Source of the DNA: Hormiphora californensis
Lineage: Eukaryota > Animalia > Ctenophora
Direction of reading: 5' to 3'
Assembly: GCA_020137815.1 (NCBI GenBank)
Contig: CM035357.1
Span: 2,604,001-2,668,000 of the forward strand
DNA length: 64,000 nucleotides
Shown: positions 23,098 to 34,829 of the stretch, piece after piece
Layout: each line of letters starts with the position of its first letter
Numbering within the stretch: the stretch's first letter is position 1
Notes under the pieces: model-generated
Databases searched by the model: none
The model's input: the letters and a program-made list of their open reading frames with translations, nothing else
What the model was told of the DNA's origin: nothing
Program-made: the position numbers and the translations under genes

Positions 23098-25470
23098 ATG
23101 GAGAGGTTCTGCGAGTTAAACCTGAAGTTCCCTACAAAGCCTGAGAAACAAGATGAATTTGTGTATCTCTGTGGGAGGATGGGGTACCGGACCATTGCTT
23201 TTAACGTCACTGTTGATGCTAATAAAGGTATCAAGCAGGAACCGACCGAAACAAGTAAACAACCAATCAGAACTCGTTATTTAGGTCACGTGACTGGTTA
23301 TCAGCCAATCAGGGACCAGTATTTCCTGATTCGGTCGGTTCCTGGTTTCAAGCAACTTATTTGTCTCATAGAGTTACTGCACCAAATTTTAGCACTCCGC
23401 GATATCTGCAACTAAGGTAGACTGGGGGGGGGTATTTTGGTTGTTTACCCGACCATTGCTTTTAACGTCACTGTTGATCTGCTAATAAAGGCAAACAAGT
23501 TCGGTTGATATTATCAGCTGATATAGTGGGGTCTCCAGTGTTTCTAAATTCTAAATAGTAGTGGGGTCTCGAGAGTGGTTCTAAATTAATCTTTAACGCC
23601 ATTCTCGAGTGTAAATTCTAAATTCAGATTGGTTTGCAGCTATGCAATGATATTGGGTCGTTTTATTTGTACCCTTCTACCAGCTGATCCCTAAATACAT
23701 ATACGATTAGGTTCTCTAAATCTCTTCACCACTAAAATACAACATTTTTTGGGACCTCCCCGCCAGGGCTGGCTCCAGCCCGATATTTCTGGGGGGGGGA
23801 GGGGTGCAGTGGCACCCCCTGCACCCCCCACCTGGAGCCAGCCCTGCTCCCCGCACTAACATATTTTATCACTCAGAGTTGTCTATACATCACTAACACA
23901 TCCTCTCAATCCACGCAGTGTTTATAAAGAACCAGCTAAAGGTTGACCTACCAGAGTTGAGAGTCACTGAGAACCCGACCAATATGAGGATCCTGAGGAG
24001 ACTTACCATTGTTGTTAGCGATAGTAACCACATTCGGGCATTCAACTCTCCAATAGTGAGTATACCGCGTGGGCCAATAAAAAGGGAGGGTCTTAAATCT
24101 TAGATTTCTCCGGTACCTTAATTCCTAACTCGATATATTGCATTCAGTTAAGGAAGTTTGATATTGTTGCTGTGCAGCCTAAAACAGAGGATCTGCTAAA
24201 CCAATGCATTGCGTAAGTAGCAAATCAGGAACCGACCGACACAAGTAAACAACCAATTAGAACTCGTTATTAGGTCACGTCACTGGTTATCAGCCAATCA
24301 GGGACAGTATTTCCTGATTTGGTCGGTTCCTGTAGCTAATCCTCTCCCTGGACATTTTTTCTTATTCTCACTCCCAAATTCTACTTGGAGTTCACTCCAG
24401 AAACTTTTGTCTATCCCCATAATGGTGACATGACCTGGCCATTTCCCTACCTAGACCCCTTCCATACCCAGTTTCTCTCCTTCCTATTGGTATATATCAC
24501 ATCCCCAGTGACCAAAGTGAGCTCACGTGACTCGTGAGGTGTGTCTTCCCAACTGCTGGTTCATTACAGGCGGTGTAACAACAACATTCAGATACTCTCA
24601 CTGGACCTGACAAGACCCCTTCCCTATCGGTTAAAACACACCCACATACAACCATGCCAGCTAAACAACGTTTATGTAGAGGTATACAAATCCCATCTTG
24701 TTCTAGCAAACCCTGATTTAAATTTAATGCTAAACCACCCTAAACCACTACATGACTGTTGTGAACGCCACACATACTCGAGAGGGCAGTCTTTTTTTTA
24801 GACAATATAATTCCTGACCTGCAGTACCACAACAATATCGCTATGAACATTTCAACAACCACAATGGTCGTTGAACTTCAATTCCATGTCACAGGTCTGC
24901 TACGTGTCAGCGATCAAAGACTCTGCCACATGTCGGAATATTGTCTCAAATTGTCGGGATATAAACTGGGTATCACGAAGCAGAGGTCTCTTAGTTTCGT
25001 CGGGGGCGGAGGATCCACTTTTTGTTAGAGGTTAGTTCACATCAGTTGTACGTAGAGACGCGGGGGTAACGGTAGAGCACTTATAGGTTACAGCTATCAA
25101 TCAACCCGATATATGGGAACAATGTTACGATTTGATTAAGTTAAATATTAGAGGTTAGCTCAACCTTTACTGATCTGTAACAATATAATATTTCCAAAGG
25201 TAACCATGGCAACCCATATTCCCACCAGGCCCGTACGACGTGATGAATCTCATGACCGTATTTGGAATTCCTTTCAAAACAGCCCGAGCTGGGCTCAGTA
25301 CGAACCCTCAGGCTGTCATCCTCAAGGGTCGGAGTAGGTCCCAGACTTTCAATGGACTAGTAGAGAAGGTTGAGGGAGTGGGGGAGAGTTTAGTTGAAAA
25401 GTTGAGGTTATCAAAGGAGGGGGAGGAATTTGAGGAGAGTGCGAGTAAGAAACACAAGAGTGGAAGTTAG
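23098..25470 (+). CDS. RPP30: Ribonuclease P/MRP subunit p30 (multi-exon)
   Basis: Exons at about 23098-23227, 23919-24055, 24148-24212, 24570-24681, 24896-25030 and 25229-25470. Motifs GYRTIAFN, ILRRLTIVVSD, FDIVAVQP, VSSGAEDPLFVRGPYDVMNL. Confidence 0.9.
23236..23344 (+). mobile_element. 109-bp hAT-like MITE ('QPIRT' family)
   Basis: TIR caggaaccgaccgaa / ttcggtcggttcctg; 8-bp TSD gtatcaag / gtttcaag. Confidence 0.9.
23764..23846. mobile_element. 83-bp hAT-like MITE
   Basis: TIR cagggctggctccag / ctggagccagccctg; perfect 8-bp TSD ctccccgc. Confidence 0.9.
24226..24332 (+). mobile_element. hAT-like MITE ('QPIRT' family)
   Basis: Same TIRs as 23236-23344; TSD tagcaaat / tagctaat. Confidence 0.9.
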
Positions 25471-25595
25471 TGGGTGTAACTTTTTAATTAATTTATTGAC
25501 TGATTTTAATAAACTTCGCTGTTTTAATCTTTTTTGTAGAGTAATCAAGTTTAAAATTTATCAAAATCTCTCATTACAGCCAAGATGATGTTAAA

Positions 25596-26624
25596 ATGAT
25601 AAGACGACCATTTGAGGGGCTTGTCATACGAAAACAACTGCTATGCTTCCAATATCTCTCCTCCAATCCTGATCCCCGATATCTTTCCTCCAACCCTGCG
25701 CGCCGATATCTCTCCTCCAACCTAGTCCCTGATCCCTCCCCAGTGAGGACCACCCCACCACCCAGAGCAACAACCAAACCCATCACCAAACCAAGTTACG
25801 CTCCCCAAGCAGGGTTCATATCCCAGCCGCACAGCATCTCCTCCGCATCTCCTCCACAAAAACGAAGGAGATTTGATCGGCTACTGGAACTAACACCCCG
25901 TTTTAGTAAGGGAGTGGGAAAGATCCAACTGGCGCACAATGAGACTCTCGTCATGAAGATGTTCAAGAAGGATCGGGCGGATCTGGCAGCGATCCAGAGA
26001 GTCTTTACATGGCACTATCTGGCCATTGGTTTCCTTCTCTCCACCACTCTGAGCTCAGATCTCTTTGTGTATGACATTGTGTGTTGCAGTGTGATGTTGG
26101 CTACACTCCTCCGGGTAAACAGACACTTTCACGCCAAGAAAACTGGCAGTGTGACGGAGATTGTGTTGGTTGAGGGTGGGAGGGTGAGAGTTCAGCAGCT
26201 CACCTGGTGGGGTGGTAGTAGAACCTCCTATCACCCTGTTGAGGAGTGTAGTTTGGGGTCAATGGACACTCTGGGACGAGTCACGGGGAAGACAGTTCCG
26301 GTGGAGTGGGACCGGGCTAAGATGTTTATTGGCGAGGGAGAGTGGGTGAAGTATAGAGAGGAAGAGCTGGCAAGGACCCATAAGAGATGGTTTGCACCCT
26401 ACCCTGTTGATAGAGTCACGTCAACTGAGGTACTGTATCCGGAGAGGAGGGCTGACGTTCTTGATGTAAAGGAGAGTGAGGAGGTACTGGGATCTGTAAA
26501 GGAGAGGGAGGAGGTATCGGGATCTAATAAGGGGGTATTGGGATCGAAGGAGGAGGTATTGGAAATTAAGAGTGAAGAGGAGGGTAGTGTTAAATATGTA
26601 AAAACTGAAAAACAAGATTGGTAA
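25596..26624 (+). CDS. Probable mitochondrial membrane protein, TMEM186/TMEM70/TMEM223-like
   Basis: R/S-rich presequence-like N-terminus, two hydrophobic helices, then VTEIVLVEGGRVRVQQLTWWGGSR. Confidence 0.6.
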   Translation: MIRRPFEGLVIRKQLLCFQYLSSNPDPRYLSSNPARRYLSSNLVPDPSPVRTTPPPRATTKPITKPSYAPQAGFISQPHSISSASPPQKRRRFDRLLELTPRFSKGVGKIQLAHNETLVMKMFKKDRADLAAIQRVFTWHYLAIGFLLSTTLSSDLFVYDIVCCSVMLATLLRVNRHFHAKKTGSVTEIVLVEGGRVRVQQLTWWGGSRTSYHPVEECSLGSMDTLGRVTGKTVPVEWDRAKMFIGEGEWVKYREEELARTHKRWFAPYPVDRVTSTEVLYPERRADVLDVKESEEVLGSVKEREEVSGSNKGVLGSKEEVLEIKSEEEGSVKYVKTEKQDW

Positions 26625-26635
26625 TTTACTATTTG

Positions 26636-27128
26636 CCCAGTGCCCCGAATTTCAGAAATCTAAAAAAATATTTTTCTAAGCCTTCAGCTAGGCTGCAAGA
26701 TTCTATTCGCTAGGCTGCAAATTTTTGCTCGGTCTCGGCTGCTACGCAGCCTCGACCTCGCGATGTACGTCAGCATCGTAAAAGTTGGACTAATAGAGAA
26801 AAAATCGGAATTAGTACCATTTTCGGGGCAAAATCATCGTGCAGCCCAGAATGGGAAAATTTCCTCGAAATTTTCTGCAGCCGGGCTGCAAGAATCTCGA
26901 CACCGAAAATCGAAATACATATGTATATGACACCATTCTGGGACGCCTTATTAGCACTGTTAGACAATATGGGATATTAAACATGTGATTCGGGGAAGCT
27001 TATTTATATTTTCTGCAGTCCGGGCTGCAATATCAGTCGACGTTATTTTATTTAGGCTGCAAAGAATCAGTGAGGCTGCAAATATTTGCTCAAAAAATTA
27101 CACGGGTTTGCAATATCGGGGCACTGGG
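26636..27128. mobile_element. 493-bp non-autonomous DNA transposon
   Basis: TIR cccagtgccccga / tcggggcactggg; perfect 8-bp TSD actatttg; repeated internal ggctgca motifs. Confidence 0.9.
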
Positions 27129-27384
27129 ACTATTTGGGGCAGTTTGTTGTATGTATTTGATAAACGTTTTTACAGAACTAGTAGTTTTTGAGTGGTGGTA
27201 TGAATACAATATCTAAGATGTGGTAGACTGTGTCCTAAACCCCAACACTACTATCATCCCGAGCCACTATTATCCCTTTTTTCATCACCTCCCCCGCCCC
27301 CATACTATCTACCCCCACCCGAGTGCCCCCAACTACCCCTATTTACCAACACTATCATCAGGATGTAAGATATATATATTCTTG

Positions 27385-28795
27385 ATGGCAGTTCCACTTT
27401 ATTGTATCCTCTGTGAGGATACTTACTCAACCGTGAGTACAGTATTATACAATAGTATGTCAACCGGTTGTCTCTATTTTCTCTTTGTCAAGTACCTTTG
27501 ATGCAAAATTAGTCATAAGGCACGATAAATCATGATATAACATGAGAGCAGTTTGGATATATAGAGTTGGGTCAACAGAATTTTATCTCCCATCTTCTCT
27601 TCAGTCGTACGAGTATCTCCGTCATGAGAGGGCCTCCACACATTTGGAGTTTTTCGGCCAGTTCATGGATGAACTTGATGTCGGGGCTCTTCTGTGCACA
27701 TGCTGCTTCAAGGTATTATAATCGAGAGCTGATATATTTCCTGGCGCCAGGTATAATAGTTAGTTAGACATATTATCGTGGACATCAGGCGTCACTATGT
27801 ATTCTCTTTCACGAAATGCTAAAGCTTTTAAAAAACTGATGTATGCTTTGGGGCTTGGACGCATAAAATATTTTATGAAGGAGCACTGTTGCCTAGCAAA
27901 TTATTCGAAACTTCCCGAATTGAAACCCCCAATTCCCCCAGTCAGTGTCGTCGGTAGCTGAATGGCAGGACCACATAAAAGAAGAGGAGCATGGTGACAG
28001 TGTTGTGCAAGCTGACCTACTGGGAAAACGGTAATTTTACCTCAACTTCAAACTATGTCCTGCCTTTTATTTCTTCCGTGTATAGATTCAATTCGCTAAC
28101 TGTTTTCATTCATTATTATTACCAGCTTCTCAATCAATTTAAAATCACACACAGGGCTGTATGGGGTGTCCCTGCTGTTAAGCTTGAGGACGGCTCAATC
28201 AAATTGTGCAACTCTTTTGAAGAGCTCTATGGAACTGGATGGGTGGAACCGAACCCTCTTGGAACCGAACTAATCATTGGCATGAATTGTATTCAGGTAA
28301 AGCCAAACTCTAAAGGGTTGTTTCTAAACCATTATTCTAAAATGAGATATTAAATTATTAAATTATTCTAAAATGACGTGTTTCCAATACTTATACAGTT
28401 TCCAATTCCAAGGTTCTCAAGATGGACCCAGTTAACCCGTCCTACCACTGCAGTGTTTGTGATGTTAAATTTCATCACACCGATCGACAACATCTTTTAG
28501 GTCAGTAATTGTAGCATTTAGATCCGAAATCCAATCACCCAACTGGCAACTGTTTAGATCCGCAATCGTTTGAAAATGGTGAATAGTAAAGAAAGTCTAA
28601 ACTAACCAAAAATTGCTCTAAACAATGTTGAACAGAAATGTTTTTGACAGGTCGCGAGCATACCATAAATGTAATATGGAACTGGGAGCCTGCTACAGCT
28701 GACAGAATAGCAAAGGGGCTGGACTTCCCTAAACCTACTACACGGCAAAAGGTAGTTATAGGCGTCTCTCTCTCACTTTCTCTCACTCTCTCTCA

Positions 28796-28838
<43 letters not shown>

Positions 28839-28844
28839 TCTCTC

Positions 28845-28930
<86 letters not shown>

Positions 28931-29377
28931 GCAGCTGCTGAAATGGAAATGATGATTAAGAAGGTTTTCCATCTGGAGAAAGATAAGCTAACAGAAAGAC
29001 AGGCTGATGTCTACCAACTGTTGATTAGCAAGAAAAAACCAACTGATTTAAGGTAAGAAACTAATTTCAATATCTTATCGACACACATGCGCCTTCTGAA
29101 TGGGTGAAATATTTAAGGTATAAGCAATACATGGTTTCTTAAGCTATCTAAAATATTTTACTTGTTTGTTTTGTGATTGCTGCGTCTGGAGGATGACCTG
29201 CCCGTAGAGGCCGCACCGAACACGCTTATTAGGCGCCCCAGCACGTCCTCCACTCCGCCGTAGCAAGGCCACCCACCAATCAGTTTATGCAGAGCATGTT
29301 ACTTCAGACGCTCCAGGAAGACCGTGGTCAACCACTGGCGACACCGAGCGGCGAGAGAGAAAACGAGCAGGTATTGA
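27385..29377 (+). CDS. Matrin/U1-type C2H2 zinc-finger protein with three fingers (multi-exon)
   Basis: Exons 27385-27432, 27605-27712, 27942-28030, 28155-28296, 28413-28500, 28651-28751, 28931-29052, and a tentative last exon 29308-29377. They splice in frame to YCILCEDTYSTSYEYLRHERASTH, LCTCCFKSVSSVAEWQDHIKEEEH and YHCSVCDVKFHHTDRQHLLGREH. Confidence 0.8.
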
Positions 29378-29747
29378 GTGCGTTAGAGATCAGATATTAG
29401 AGGTACTGTGTTGAAAGATACAGAAAAGGAGCACTATTTGACAGAATGACTGAACCAAACTAGGCGATACGGTTGTAAAGTGATAGATTAAGGATTAAAG
29501 AGAGACTTAGACGGGTGTATGTCGGTGTAACAGACCATTCAAAATGAACCAAATATGAAACTGCAAATGTATGAACTGTTTTCCAGTGCAGTGTTTGTTG
29601 AGTTTTCTACGCGTCATAATCGCCAGCGCCCAGCACGGGGACAGAGGATGATTTTTTTTCTAGAATTGCGATCGGTACGATCGCCCCAGACCCCCAGTCA
29701 ATAAAATGAATATTTATCTATCTTATCTTATCAATATGAATAGTTTA

Positions 29748-29782
29748 TCAACTAGATCGTAACATTACGCACCGGTGCGAAG
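29748..29782 (-). mobile_element. Possible Helitron 3' terminus
   Basis: On the minus strand, hairpin cgcaccggtgcg lies about 12 nt before CTAG|T. Confidence 0.4.
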
Positions 29783-30151
29783 AGGACGGTCTTATATGAG
29801 ACAATATATGCCCCATATATAATAGTTCAAACAACACCTTTATGGTACAGTTGTTACGTTTGATAAGGTGTTAAAACATCGGGTCTCAGCTGTTACAATT
29901 TGGTAGCTTGGTAAAATAGTTAGTGGATATATAAGTATAATTAATAAACCCGGGTTTATATGTAGCAGGTCACCCGCTACATATAATAAACCCGGGTAGC
30001 GGGTGATTCGATACACCATAAAACCCGACCAAAGGGAGGGGTTTATACTTTTTATAAGCAAGGATTTATTGATTATAAGTTTTAGCGGCAAAAACATCCA
30101 TGTGTGGGGTATATCAGACAAATTTTCACCCGCTGATATTTATGTATTATA

Positions 30152-32399
30152 CCGTAATCTGGGGTAACTTTGTTTTGCAGGGTAACTTTGGACACTTTCA
30201 AAATTTGGCTTTAGTCCAAAATTACCAACAGATAACGACATATTTGGCATAATTTTTGGGTGTACAAGTAATTGACCCACAAATGTCTAACTAACGGTAC
30301 AATTATTTTTTTCAATTCTATGCTAATTGGCTCCTAATTAGGGGCAAACATAATTGATCTCAAAATCGCTAAAAATGTTCAAATCAAAATGGGTACCATA
30401 GATTTGACCGGGCTAATGACCGAATCAAGTTTGCTCCATAGAGTGGAAGTGTTTCGATCAAATAATTCGGGGCACCATTTTTCAAACCCGATCAATTACT
30501 TTAATTGAGACTAATAGGGGTGGCTAATGTTAACCCACCGTTTTTTGAATTTTGGGGTAACTTTGGACTTTTGAACTTTTGATGTCTTTTTTGCCTTAGA
30601 CCCTCTCTGAATTGTTTAGGGCTGATATAACCAAGATTCAGCCCACTCCACGCCCATTTCCATCTATATATTCGATAGGTTAGTGAAAACAACTAGGATT
30701 TGGACTATTTTATGGAGCTAAATCACAGAAATCCGGCCTGAAACCCATCAAACTTCAATAATTTGGGGCCCCCCATCCACCCCGCAGCTTGTCAGATGGC
30801 ATTGGCTCTCCAGGCGAGTGTGTTAGTTCTTGTAGACAATCTATACAGGAGCATGGAGATACCAAAACTCCTTTATTTAGCAAGTACAGTCGGACCCCGA
30901 TTTAGTGGCATCCTCGGGGGAAAGAAATCCTGCCACTAAATCGGGGTGCCACTAAATCGGGGTGAGCCATATTTGGCCCATAAAAACCTATTTTATGCCC
31001 AAAATGCTATACTAAGACTAAAGACACCTCTAACTGTTATATGCAATATTCATGTATTGATGACATGATCATTTCTGATTAGAAATAGAAAACTATAAAA
31101 CAACTTTTTCAAAAAAATTGTGAAAAATTTTCTAAGTCCAGCCCGTCCGATTTGTGTTTCGAATCGGTGCAGCTTCCTGGATGTCCTGTCTAATTAGCGG
31201 GTTCGAAACGAATCGATACGTGATACCTTGCCGAATCGGGGCACCCTAAGCGGGTAAGGAAGTATCAAAATTTCAAAATAACTTTTTCTCTCAAAATTTA
31301 TGGGGAGCACCGATCAAAGCATTGACAATCAGAGTCGAACAAGGCAAGACAATCATACTGTAAAATTTTTCAAAAAAAAGTTTTAAAATTTTTGAAGGTA
31401 TACCAGCCACCTCCGAATCGTGTTTCGAATCGGTGCATCTTATCGCATGTCCTGATGCTAATTAGACGGTTCGGAACGAATCGAAACGTGATCCCCATCG
31501 AATCGAAATTTTGACGCTCGGTGAACTTATGATTCAATGGCCCCATGGGGATCACGTATCGGTTCGTTCCGAACCGTCTAATTAGCAGCAGGGCATGCGA
31601 TAAGATTCACTGATTCGAAACACGATTCGGACGTGGCTGGTATTCCTTTGAAAAATTTTCAAAAAAATTTCACAAAAAAATTTTTGGGGGAAAAAAGTCC
31701 TGCCACTAAATCGGGGTGCCACTAAATCGGGGGCCACTAAATCGGGGTCCGACTGTACCCATAAGTAGACCACTTCCTGTCTATTCAATTCAGCAAAAAG
31801 AACTAACACACTCGCCTAGAGGTTCAACACCATCCACCAAACCACAGGGTGGACGAGGGACCCCAAACCACCGAAGTTTGATGGGTTTCAGGCCGGATGT
31901 GGCAACCTCTAAATCAAGTCCGATTGAGCTGAAATTTTATTTGGTGGTTAGTTTCATTATTCCTCACACCCAAAAAAGTTGAGCCGAGATCAATCATTTT
32001 TTTAAAATCATGGGGCGTTTGGCTAACCCTATTGTTCTTTTTTAATTTATTGACCCATTTAAACTCCATTTAAACATTTTAGGTTCATTTATGTATCATT
32101 ACAAAATGTTCGGATTTATGTTTGTTCCAATATTACTATCGTGGGGTAACTTTGGACGGGTGTCCAAAGTTACCCCACCCTCATTCCAAAGTTACCCCAT
32201 GCCCTAAAACCCCACTTACACTAAAATACACGTTAATTAATGTAATTAAATGAAAGGGGACCAAAAATTTCACTAGTTATATCTGGTGTACTAGGTCTGG
32301 AACGGGATTATTTGGTTCAAAAATTTTCGAGTGTGGTTCTGGCAAGGAGTTATTTTAGGAGAATGCTAAAAAGTGGTACAAAGTTACCCCAACTTACGG
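30152..32399. mobile_element. Non-autonomous Tc1/mariner/pogo-type element with internal fold-back
   Basis: TA|ccgtaatctggggtaactttg ... caaagttaccccaacttacgg|TA; internal inverted repeat 30732-30830 versus 31798-31899. Confidence 0.8.
30887..31755. mobile_element. Nested TA-flanked MITE ('TVGPRFSG' family)
   Basis: TA|cagtcggaccccgatttagtggc ... gccactaaatcggggtccgactg|TA. Confidence 0.9.
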
Positions 32400-32572
32400 T
32401 AGGTTCTAAAGTGATATTATCTATCTTGTCTTTTTCCAGGTTCCAAAATATTAGTTTTTCTTTTATCTTGAGAATGATTGGGGCGAGTATGATGGTGCGG
32501 TAAGCCTTGGGGTTGTTGTAGTCGTCTTTTCCTGGTTTCGGTAAGAAGATGCCTGTGCTAGTTTTCCAGTTA

Positions 32573-32725
32573 CAGTCGGACCTCGATTTAGTGGCATCCT
32601 CGGGGGAAAGGGGTTTGTCCACTAAATCGGGGTCAAATAATGTTAATTTCCTATATCGGGGGAAAAAATCCTGCCACTAAATCGGGGTGCCACTAAATCG
32701 GGGGCCACTAAATCGGGGTCCGACT
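32573..32725. mobile_element. Short MITE ('TVGPRFSG' family) inside the LINE relic
   Basis: TA|cagtcggacctcgatttagtggc ... actaaatcggggtccgacta|TA. Confidence 0.85.
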
Positions 32726-33360
32726 ATATTTGGTGTTTGACCGATGTCGTACGAACATTGGAATAGTTTTAGTAGCGGTTCTGCTACTGTGTCTATAGCG
32801 TTTTGTAACATGTTAGCTGTGATTTTGTCTGGGCCTGGGGCTTTGTTTGGTTTCATTGAGTTAATTGCGTCCTTGACTTCTGCTAGTTCAAATTTTAGGA
32901 TTTCTTTTTCTTCCGTCGTTTGAATTTGGCAGATGTTGTTGGTAAACACGAGATATGTTGGTACTGGAAAATAAATTAACCGTTGGTATTATATTGTTGG
33001 TTGTTACGTGGTGTCTATTCCTCATAATGTGTCTTTTGCGTTTGTGGTGACTGAGCCGTCGGCCTTGTATACACAGTCTAGGCTCCTAGTTGAGCTGCCT
33101 CTGTTCTTACATATTTTATTGAGTCTAGATATAGCTGGGGTACTTGCTATATTTTCCGTAAACTTTTCCCAGGCTTCTTTCTTGTGTGTTCGTTGTAGTC
33201 TGTTGAGAATGCTGTTCGCATTTTGTAATTCTTGTTGTGCCTGTAATGTTTTATTTTTTTCTGTATTTCTTCAGAATTTTCCTTGTTTTAGATATTTGTG
33301 CCTTTATTTCTTTGTTGTACCAGGGAGGTGGTTTGATTTTGTTAGTGCTATATATTAATA

Positions 33361-34274
33361 CTAGGCTGTCCAGTAAATAATTTCGTTGGGCTTTTCTGGG
33401 AAAATAGTTTACGATAGAGCAAAATGGACTTCACCACTGTTTTTAGCACTCGATTTTGTATCGGAATATAATGCCTGATATCGGGATGTGGTTGTTCTCG
33501 GTTCCCACGAGGCCTCTTTCTATACCCCACTCTCGTTGCTGCTGCATATGGAAAATCACGATTTTCAAGTTTTAGTACTAAACCTGCTGTACTTCTTGAA
33601 AATTGTACATGAGTGATGTTTTGTTGCATCAAGCTGGTTCATTAGACAATTATCTTTCGTTTGAAATGTAATAAAAGATCCTATCTTTATTTTTCACTGA
33701 GCAATGGGCTTGCAAAAATTTTAGGTCAAAGTTAGAAACTTTCACTTCCGGGTCTCATCAGGATTGGCTTATAATCAAAAACTCTGCAGTAAAAGTTAGT
33801 TCTAAGTCAGTTCTAAGACGTAGTGAACCCAATTATGTGATTGGTTGACTAAAAAAATTGAGTTATTGATGTTTTCAAAAATACCCGTAAAACAGGCCCA
33901 ATTTTTTTGCACTTTGACGCTTTTTCATGTTACATTAACTGTTCTATAGGTTATAAGTCAACACCTAGAGCCTAAAATCGCAAACATAGCTCATCCTTAG
34001 ACAATTTGCTATCGATTAAGCACCATAGGAGCTAAAAAGACTGAACCAGTTTTCATAGGGCAGCGTTTAGAAAACTTTGGTAACCCCGTGCAGCAGCAAC
34101 AAAAGTGGGGCAGAGAAAATAGCCTACTGGGAACCGAGAACAACCACATACCGATATCAGGCATTGTATTCCGATTCAAAATCGAGTGCTAAAAACAGTG
34201 GTGAGGTCCATTTTGCTCTATCTTAAACCATTTTCCCAGAAAAGCTCAACGAAATTATTTACTGGACAGCCTAG
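33361..34274. mobile_element. TA-flanked non-autonomous Tc1/mariner-like element with long TIRs
   Basis: TA|ctaggctgtccagtaaataatttcgttg ... caacgaaattatttactggacagcctag|TA; arms about 185 bp. Confidence 0.88.
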
Positions 34275-34829
34275 TATGTATTCTGTTGTTAGGTCCCATG
34301 CCTTATTGATTATCTCATTTATGATGCTCTGTCCATTTCGAACTTGTTCGTTGGTGGATTGTTTGTTATTTCTTCCAGTCTTTGTCCTCGGCAAGGATTT
34401 TCTTGGATTTCGGCCAATCTGTGTTTTTGTCCGATTTTGATTTTTGAAACTTGTTTGTCATGACTTTTAGTTTAGTGTTGTTTATTGAGTGTTCTACGTC
34501 TCCAGCATGGAGACAGGGCATGGAGTTTTCTCTAGATTTGCGATCGGTAGTTTTTCTAGATTTTAAACAAAAATAGTTTGAAAAAAGAAGTTCTGCTGAC
34601 CTACCAAAAACTAAAATTCTTTCTTTTTCATGTCACACCTTGAATTGTTCATTATATACGACTGTACAGGATTCGAGTACAGCTGCTTGAATATACCGCG
34701 GGTCCATAGAACAATAGAGTATGCTACTTCGTCCGAGGCGTCAAAGTGACTTTGTAGAGTTCCTTTGACAACTTTGTCTGACAGCTTTGAAGCTTTGACA
34801 ACTTTGTTGGGGTCTCTTCTTTGTTGCCC

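Larger units (their letters stand above)
32402..34560 (-). pseudogene. Degraded LINE pol fragment related to the 17-22 kb element
   Basis: KAPGPDKITANMLQ and GIFLPKPGKDDYNNPKAYRTIILA, compared with AIYLPKPGKDDYRMPKSYRTITLA in the intact element; interrupted by MITEs. Confidence 0.8.
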
